DNA of 64,000 nt, taken from NCBI GenBank assembly GCA_048538215.1, contig JBLYPV010000001.1, forward strand, positions 75,495-139,494. Reading direction: 5' to 3'. Under the pieces are notes generated by a model. That model saw nothing but the letters and a program-made list of their open reading frames with translations. It was not told the DNA's origin and ran no database searches. Each line of letters opens with the position of its first letter. Position 1 is the stretch's first letter. The position numbers and the translations under genes were made by a program. Shown in pieces: positions 58,976 through 64,000 of the stretch. The stretch comes from Patescibacteria group bacterium (GTDB taxonomy: Bacteria > Patescibacteriota > Minisyncoccia > Phycocordibacterales > GCA-2747955).

Positions 58976-59218
58976 ATGAATTTTTTCCCTTTACAAGTAT
59001 TAAAAATTGATGAGGTTATATTTAGTGGAGAAGCCCTTTCTCTACAGGCACCGGGAAGCCTTGGGGAGCTTACGGTGCTTGCACAACATGAAACAATACT
59101 TACTTCGCTTAGGCAAGGAGAGCTAATCATCAAGCCAAAGAAGGGAGATGAGATACGGATTGAGATAGAGCAAGGCTTTCTTGAGGCAGACCGCAATAAG
59201 GTGACCGTCTTGTTGTGA
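58976..59218 (+). CDS. atpC: F-type ATP synthase epsilon subunit, truncated to the N-terminal beta-sandwich (80 aa)
   Basis: Beta-sandwich pattern; lacks the C-terminal helical hairpin. Confidence 0.6.
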   Translation: MNFFPLQVLKIDEVIFSGEALSLQAPGSLGELTVLAQHETILTSLRQGELIIKPKKGDEIRIEIEQGFLEADRNKVTVLL

Positions 59219-59265
59219 TATTTCTATCGCCGACAAAATTTTGAAGCAGGGCAAGTCGTGTTACA

Positions 59266-59631
59266 ATGTATATGTATACAAATAATATGTTTACCAAGAT
59301 TAATCCATTCAACAAAAAAGGAGATCAAGATGCTCAGGATCAAAGTAAGCCAGTATCCACGGACAAGCAGAAGAGTGAAAAAAAAGGATTTTTTGCTGGA
59401 ATAAAAGACAAGGCTACTCTCCGAATACTTGAAAAGCAATTAGCAGGCGTACCAGAGGCACAGAGAGAAATGCTTACTAGGGCTATCCAAAATAATCCTG
59501 AATTTTTTGAAAAGCTTGCTGGAAAAATCAAAGAGGAGGAAAAGCGCAATGGAGGTAATCAAATGGCAGCGAGTATGAAAGTGATGCGTGAGCATCAAAA
59601 TGAGCTCGTTAAAATTATTAGTGGTCGTTAA
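59266..59631 (+). CDS. Hypothetical protein
   Basis: ORF only; Lys/Glu-rich; possible leaderless start after TACAAT. Confidence 0.3.
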   Translation: MYMYTNNMFTKINPFNKKGDQDAQDQSKPVSTDKQKSEKKGFFAGIKDKATLRILEKQLAGVPEAQREMLTRAIQNNPEFFEKLAGKIKEEEKRNGGNQMAASMKVMREHQNELVKIISGR

Positions 59632-59641
59632 TTGATAGCTT

Positions 59642-59902
59642 ATGACTAATTCAATCCCAAGTAAATTAGGAGATCAATCATTATACCGAAAAGAACATCG
59701 AGTACTTTTAGGAATGTTTGAGATGTATCAAAATTCCTCCGTAATAGAGCACCTTAGCTTTGCTCAGTATTTTGATTCTTTGATGAGATTAGATTCTGCT
59801 CGTCATAATCATGAGATTCATAATTTTTTCAAGACCGAACACTCTCTGCAAGAGCATTTCCCCTTTGCTGATATAGATGATATATCAGATGATATTTTAT
59901 AA
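59642..59902 (+). CDS. Hypothetical small acidic protein
   Basis: ORF only. Confidence 0.3.
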   Translation: MTNSIPSKLGDQSLYRKEHRVLLGMFEMYQNSSVIEHLSFAQYFDSLMRLDSARHNHEIHNFFKTEHSLQEHFPFADIDDISDDIL

Positions 59903-59913
59903 ATCGTATAATT

Positions 59914-60300
59914 ATGGCTGACGAGCATACAAGAAAATATAATGATTGGAATATCGTCAAACCACAGCGCTCACCTAAAAAAAGAGCCCGTGTAGATGCA
60001 GGGGATACTCTAGATATTGAAGATACCTCCACAATTTTTAATCAACAAGATCTCAGTACAGAAGATACAAGCTTTGCGACTAATCCATTTATTGCACACG
60101 AAGATACATCCGCTAATAATCAAGAAGGAAGATATATATCATCTCAGACTCCCCAGGCTACTGCTCCTGCCAGCTTCATCAATGATAAACAAGTAGCACA
60201 AGATTATGATAATCAAATGAATATTGATCCAGACACAGGACTCCCTGTGCCAGATTATCTCAAACCTTACACCAAAAAAGATACAAATTCATCTACTTAG
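59914..60300 (+). CDS. Hypothetical, predicted intrinsically disordered protein
   Basis: ORF only; Thr/Asp/Gln-rich low complexity. Confidence 0.3.
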   Translation: MADEHTRKYNDWNIVKPQRSPKKRARVDAGDTLDIEDTSTIFNQQDLSTEDTSFATNPFIAHEDTSANNQEGRYISSQTPQATAPASFINDKQVAQDYDNQMNIDPDTGLPVPDYLKPYTKKDTNSST

Positions 60301-60317
60301 TATAATTAATATATTCT

Positions 60318-61424
60318 ATGTCAAAATTATCAATTGGAATCGTGGGTTTACCGAATGTAGGAAAATCCACACTCTTTAATGCGCTTACTAAGAAAGAAGT
60401 GGATGCAGAAAATTATCCTTTTTGTACCATTGATCCTTCAGTGGGCGTGGTGCAGGTGCCTGATAGTAGGCTTGATGATCTAAGTGAGTTTTCACAGACG
60501 GCAAAGAAAATTCCTGCAGTAGTTGAGTTTGTAGATATTGCTGGTTTGGTACGAGGGGCTTCACAGGGTGAAGGATTGGGCAATAAATTTTTAGCAAACA
60601 TACGAGAGACAGATGCTATCGCACATGTAGTCCGCGTATTCGAGAACGATAGTATTATTCATGTTGAAAATAGAATTGACCCACTTACCGATATTGAAAT
60701 CATTAATTATGAATTGATTGCCTCCGATAAAGAGACCATCAGTAAGCGTCGAAATAAATTACAAAAAGAGATTAAGCAAGGAGATAAGGAAGCCAAAGCA
60801 CTATCACTTGTTTTAGATAAGGCAGAGGCCACTTTGAATGATGACCGTCTCATTTCACAATACTTAGAAAGTTATAGCGAGGAGGAGCTATCATTACTCA
60901 AATCACTTCACTTAATCACTGCAAAGCCAGTACTATATGTACTCAACAAAGATAGCTCGGCTAAAAATCTAGACGAAATTGATGATGAGCGCTATGATGA
61001 TCTGATGCGCTATTTGAGGGATCAAGACGCTCAATGGATAAGTGTTGATGCCAAAACAGAAATTGAGCTCAATGAATTTGATTTTTATGAACGAGCTAGT
61101 ATGCGTCAGGATTTAGGAGGAGCGATCGATGATATAGATTTATTGATCCGCCGAGGATACGAGCTTTTAGATTTAATTTCCTATTTCACCACAGGGGCAG
61201 TTGAGACGAGAGCCTGGACTGTTCCCCGGGGCAGTACTGCTCCTCGGGCAGGACGAGCTATTCATGGTGACTTTGAAGAAAAATTCATTAGAGCACAAGT
61301 AATTAGCTATCGTGATTTACTTGCGTGCAATTCCAAAAGCGAAGCACGCGATAAGGGACTTATTCGCACCGAAGGAAAGGATTATATTGTACAAGATGGT
61401 GATGTGATTGAATTTCTTATATAG
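60318..61424 (+). CDS. ychF: Ribosome-binding ATPase YchF
   Basis: GIVGLPNVGKSTLFNALT G1 motif, TGS domain. Confidence 0.9.
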   Translation: MSKLSIGIVGLPNVGKSTLFNALTKKEVDAENYPFCTIDPSVGVVQVPDSRLDDLSEFSQTAKKIPAVVEFVDIAGLVRGASQGEGLGNKFLANIRETDAIAHVVRVFENDSIIHVENRIDPLTDIEIINYELIASDKETISKRRNKLQKEIKQGDKEAKALSLVLDKAEATLNDDRLISQYLESYSEEELSLLKSLHLITAKPVLYVLNKDSSAKNLDEIDDERYDDLMRYLRDQDAQWISVDAKTEIELNEFDFYERASMRQDLGGAIDDIDLLIRRGYELLDLISYFTTGAVETRAWTVPRGSTAPRAGRAIHGDFEEKFIRAQVISYRDLLACNSKSEARDKGLIRTEGKDYIVQDGDVIEFLI

Positions 61425-61488
61425 CAAAATATATAATACGATTAATATCTTCATTTTATTTTTATCAATAACTATTACATTTTAAAAT

Positions 61489-62640
61489 ATGAATTTTGAA
61501 CAAAAATCAATAGAATTACACGCTATACACAAAGGCAAATTAGAAGTATCATCACGCATAGCGATAGACAATATTACACAATTAAGCATCGCATATAGTC
61601 CAGGCGTGGCAGGGCCATGTAGAGAAATTGAAGCCGACCAGTCTCGCTACGCCGAGCTTACCTCCGCAGGTAATACCGTGGCAATTATTTCAGATGGATC
61701 TGCTGTCTTGGGGCTTGGAAATATAGGTGCCAAGCCATCGATGCCGGTAATGGAAGGAAAGGCAGTGCTGATGAAAGAATTTGCAGGCCTAAATAGCTTT
61801 CCAATCGTGCTTGATACCCAAGATACCGAAGAAATTATTAGCACGATCAAGCATATCGCCCCATCATTTGCGGCTATTAATATTGAAGATATTAGTGCCC
61901 CCCGTTGTTTTGAAATTGAAGAAAGGCTTAAAAAAGAATTAGATATCCCCGTAATGCATGATGATCAGCATGGGACGGCTATTGTAGTATTAGCTGGTAT
62001 AATTAATGCACTCAAGGTGACAAATCGTGATGATATTGCTGATGTAAAAATAGTGATCAATGGGGCAGGGGCAGCAGGGATAGCTATTTGCAAACTTCTA
62101 CTCACATACGGGGCAAAAAATATCATAGTTTGCGATTCCCAGGGTATCATTTCTCCAGACAGAACCAATCTACACAGTAGTAAGAAAGAGCTTTTGCTCA
62201 ACACTAATGTAAATAAACAAACAGGCACCTTGATCGACGCTCTGAATGATGCTGATATTTTTATTGGGGTATCAAAGGCACATATTCTTGGAGAGCAAGA
62301 AATTAAGGTAATGAAGCCTGAGCCAATCGTTTTTGCGTTAGCGAATCCCATTCCTGAGATTGACCCAGCGCAAGCTCATCTATATGGCGTTGCTGTTCTC
62401 GCTACTGGACGATCAGATTTGCCAAATCAGGTGAACAATGTCCTTGCTTTTCCAGGTATTTTTAAGGGAGCTATCAAGGCAGGAGTTCGTGATATAGATG
62501 ATAAAATAAAAATACGATCAGCAGAAGCTATTGCTGGCTTAGTAGATTCTCCACAGTCTAGTCAAATCATACCTGATATTTTTGACAGGAGAGTTACGGA
62601 GGAAGTGGCACGAGCTGTGGAGGACTCAGTCTCAGACTAG
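61489..62640 (+). CDS. NAD(P)-dependent malic enzyme (short form)
   Basis: SIAYSPGVAGPC and GAGAAGIA NAD-binding motifs. Confidence 0.85.
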   Translation: MNFEQKSIELHAIHKGKLEVSSRIAIDNITQLSIAYSPGVAGPCREIEADQSRYAELTSAGNTVAIISDGSAVLGLGNIGAKPSMPVMEGKAVLMKEFAGLNSFPIVLDTQDTEEIISTIKHIAPSFAAINIEDISAPRCFEIEERLKKELDIPVMHDDQHGTAIVVLAGIINALKVTNRDDIADVKIVINGAGAAGIAICKLLLTYGAKNIIVCDSQGIISPDRTNLHSSKKELLLNTNVNKQTGTLIDALNDADIFIGVSKAHILGEQEIKVMKPEPIVFALANPIPEIDPAQAHLYGVAVLATGRSDLPNQVNNVLAFPGIFKGAIKAGVRDIDDKIKIRSAEAIAGLVDSPQSSQIIPDIFDRRVTEEVARAVEDSVSD

Positions 62641-62717
62641 TTGGCTTTACTGATGAGTAAGACAAAAAAGAGTATATCCTCTTTTCTTTTTGTCTTAGAT
62701 TTTGTTATATTGGAGGG

Positions 62718-62960
62718 ATGACTAACGAAAGTTTTAAGAATAATAATGAAATTTCTAAGGAAAAACATGCCTACTCTCTCAATGATTTAGAGCAGTATGG
62801 TCAAATGATATTTAATAATCTAGCTCCAACGGGTGCACTTGATGAAGAATGGGGCCACATAAATGGATATCTAGCACAAGCAAGACGAAACATTATTTCT
62901 CCTCAAGAAGCTCGAGAGCGTATTGATACGTATTTGAAAAAAAGAAGTAGCTATCACTAA
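62718..62960 (+). CDS. Hypothetical small protein
   Basis: ORF only. Confidence 0.25.
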   Translation: MTNESFKNNNEISKEKHAYSLNDLEQYGQMIFNNLAPTGALDEEWGHINGYLAQARRNIISPQEARERIDTYLKKRSSYH

Positions 62961-62999
62961 ACTTGCTAATTCGTAGAATGTACTGTATAAAGCAGGTAA

Positions 63000-63578
63000 T
63001 TGAAACTTAAAGCGATGGTGGCGCTAATGACCCAAAAAGATATGTTCCCTGGGTATGACCTTGGCTTGAGTATGGATGCGGTGATCGATCCACAAGACAC
63101 TGGTGACGAGTGGTCTCTATGGCGAGTATGGCAACATAAGGGCTTTGCAGGCATCACCGATATAGATGCCCTCGCTTTGCGTCAATGGCTTATGATGCCG
63201 AATTGTCCTCTCGGCCAAGACAGTAAGGATCATTATCTCGATTCCTATGCCTGGGAAGCTCTCAATAGAGAGCGGATGCTTATGATTAATCAGTTTTTCC
63301 GCTTGCATACGACCGTGTGGGGTATCCGATTGGCAATTCGCAAGAATCCAAATATTCGACTCGTACATCTGGGCGAGCGGGAATTTGGAAAAGTGATTGG
63401 TAGTAAGCCACAGAAATTGCTCCGACCGAGTGATGGCAAAGCTATCTGGACCAAGCAATTACTGCCACAGCGGGCATTCCGTGGCTGTTTGTACAGCTGC
63501 CTCAATGATGTACGCAAGAAAGGAGGAGTCGGCTATCTCTTGGGACGTGCAGAACAACTCAATATGAAATGGCACTAG
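63000..63578 (+). CDS. Hypothetical protein, GC-rich ORFan
   Basis: GC clearly above flanks; followed by GC-rich hairpin GGGCTGCGC-TTAC-GCGCGGCCC. Confidence 0.35.
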   Translation: MKLKAMVALMTQKDMFPGYDLGLSMDAVIDPQDTGDEWSLWRVWQHKGFAGITDIDALALRQWLMMPNCPLGQDSKDHYLDSYAWEALNRERMLMINQFFRLHTTVWGIRLAIRKNPNIRLVHLGEREFGKVIGSKPQKLLRPSDGKAIWTKQLLPQRAFRGCLYSCLNDVRKKGGVGYLLGRAEQLNMKWH

Positions 63579-63635
63579 CAAAGGAATCATGGGCTGCGCT
63601 TACGCGCGGCCCTGTTACTTTGCTATAATCAATCT

Positions 63636-63914
63636 ATGCAGACAAATAAAAAAAGCAAACAATTAATATATGTAGTACTGTTCTTGTTTGGGGCCTTTAT
63701 TTTTGGCGTATTTCTCTATTTTATAGTGCTATGGGCGAGCTTTGATTATCAAGCTAATTTTATAAAACAAGAGCGATGTATTCAATCTGGAGGCGTATGG
63801 TCTATTAGTGATAATCGTTGCTGGTATGCAGGCCAATGTGAAGACTTAGGAGGATTTTGGTATCCGATAGAGAAGCGCTGTGTATATGATGTAGATACAA
63901 TCAAGCTAAAGTAG
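63636..63914 (+). CDS. Small membrane-anchored Cys-containing protein, hypothetical
   Basis: N-terminal TM; TGCTATAAT -10 7 nt upstream (leaderless). Confidence 0.3.
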   Translation: MQTNKKSKQLIYVVLFLFGAFIFGVFLYFIVLWASFDYQANFIKQERCIQSGGVWSISDNRCWYAGQCEDLGGFWYPIEKRCVYDVDTIKLK

Positions 63915-63934
63915 GTATGCTATAATTTGTGCCT

Positions 63935-64000
63935 ATGACAGAAGTAATTACTCGCTTTCCACCTTCTCCAACTGGAGAAATTCACATTGGAAATATTCGT
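63935..64000 (+). CDS. gltX: Glutamyl-tRNA synthetase, N-terminal 22 codons (runs off window)
   Basis: MTEVITRFPPSPTGEIHIGNIR (class I HIGN motif); TATAAT 9 nt upstream. Confidence 0.7.
   Translation, partial: MTEVITRFPPSPTGEIHIGNIR

Overview
This 64 kb window comes from a low-GC, gene-dense bacterial chromosome with short intergenic spacers. The large number of small ORFans, the HARE-HTH protein and the dispersed type IV pilus genes suggest a reduced genome, possibly Patescibacteria/CPR-like, but that placement is inference only. No rRNA, CRISPR array, integrase or transposase gene was seen.

Recognisable content, in order:
- A copper-homeostasis cluster (CsoR-like repressor, DUF305, DUF411, DUF302, CopA P1B-ATPase), followed by tag.
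- A LexA-controlled SOS cassette (lexA plus a Y-family polymerase) whose promoter carries a Cheo-type LexA box in its spacer.
- A VIT1-family transporter and an HI0933-like flavoprotein broken by one in-frame TAA.
- Housekeeping genes: rplU, a MutY-like glycosylase, rpiB, mraY, tsaD, tdk, rsmI, glmS, mltG, rpmF, rnc, greA, lysS, rpsP, rpsB, tsf, ychF, malic enzyme, and the first codons of gltX at the window edge.
- A split ATP synthase locus: atpH-atpA-atpG near 17.5-20.9 kb, and atpD plus a truncated atpC near 57.6-59.2 kb.
- Twelve tRNA genes in several clusters.
- Dispersed type IV pilus genes (pilC, plus a PilM-like protein next to a membrane partner).
- A NusB-Nudix fusion gene.
- A P-type IIA cation ATPase and a CaCA antiporter.
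- A DUF2157/DUF4401/GDYXXLXY three-gene cassette bracketed by decayed MITE-like repeats beside a tRNA cluster.

The most unusual structure is not covered by ordinary gene calls:
- A family of near-perfect 27-33 nt palindromic repeats (CCACTTGGGAGC-TCG-GCTCCCAAGTGG and a variant) in four copies. Two copies sit in-frame inside coding sequences (tsaD and the flavoprotein) and carry no stop codon in any of the six frames.
- Tandem duplication of the leader plus the 5' portion of the tRNA at two independent tRNA genes (tRNA-fMet and tRNA-Asp).
- Pervasive apparently leaderless transcription, with a -10 (often TGnTATAAT) 7-9 nt upstream of the ATG at 13 or more genes.
- Several GC-rich ORFans and GC-rich structured intergenic segments.
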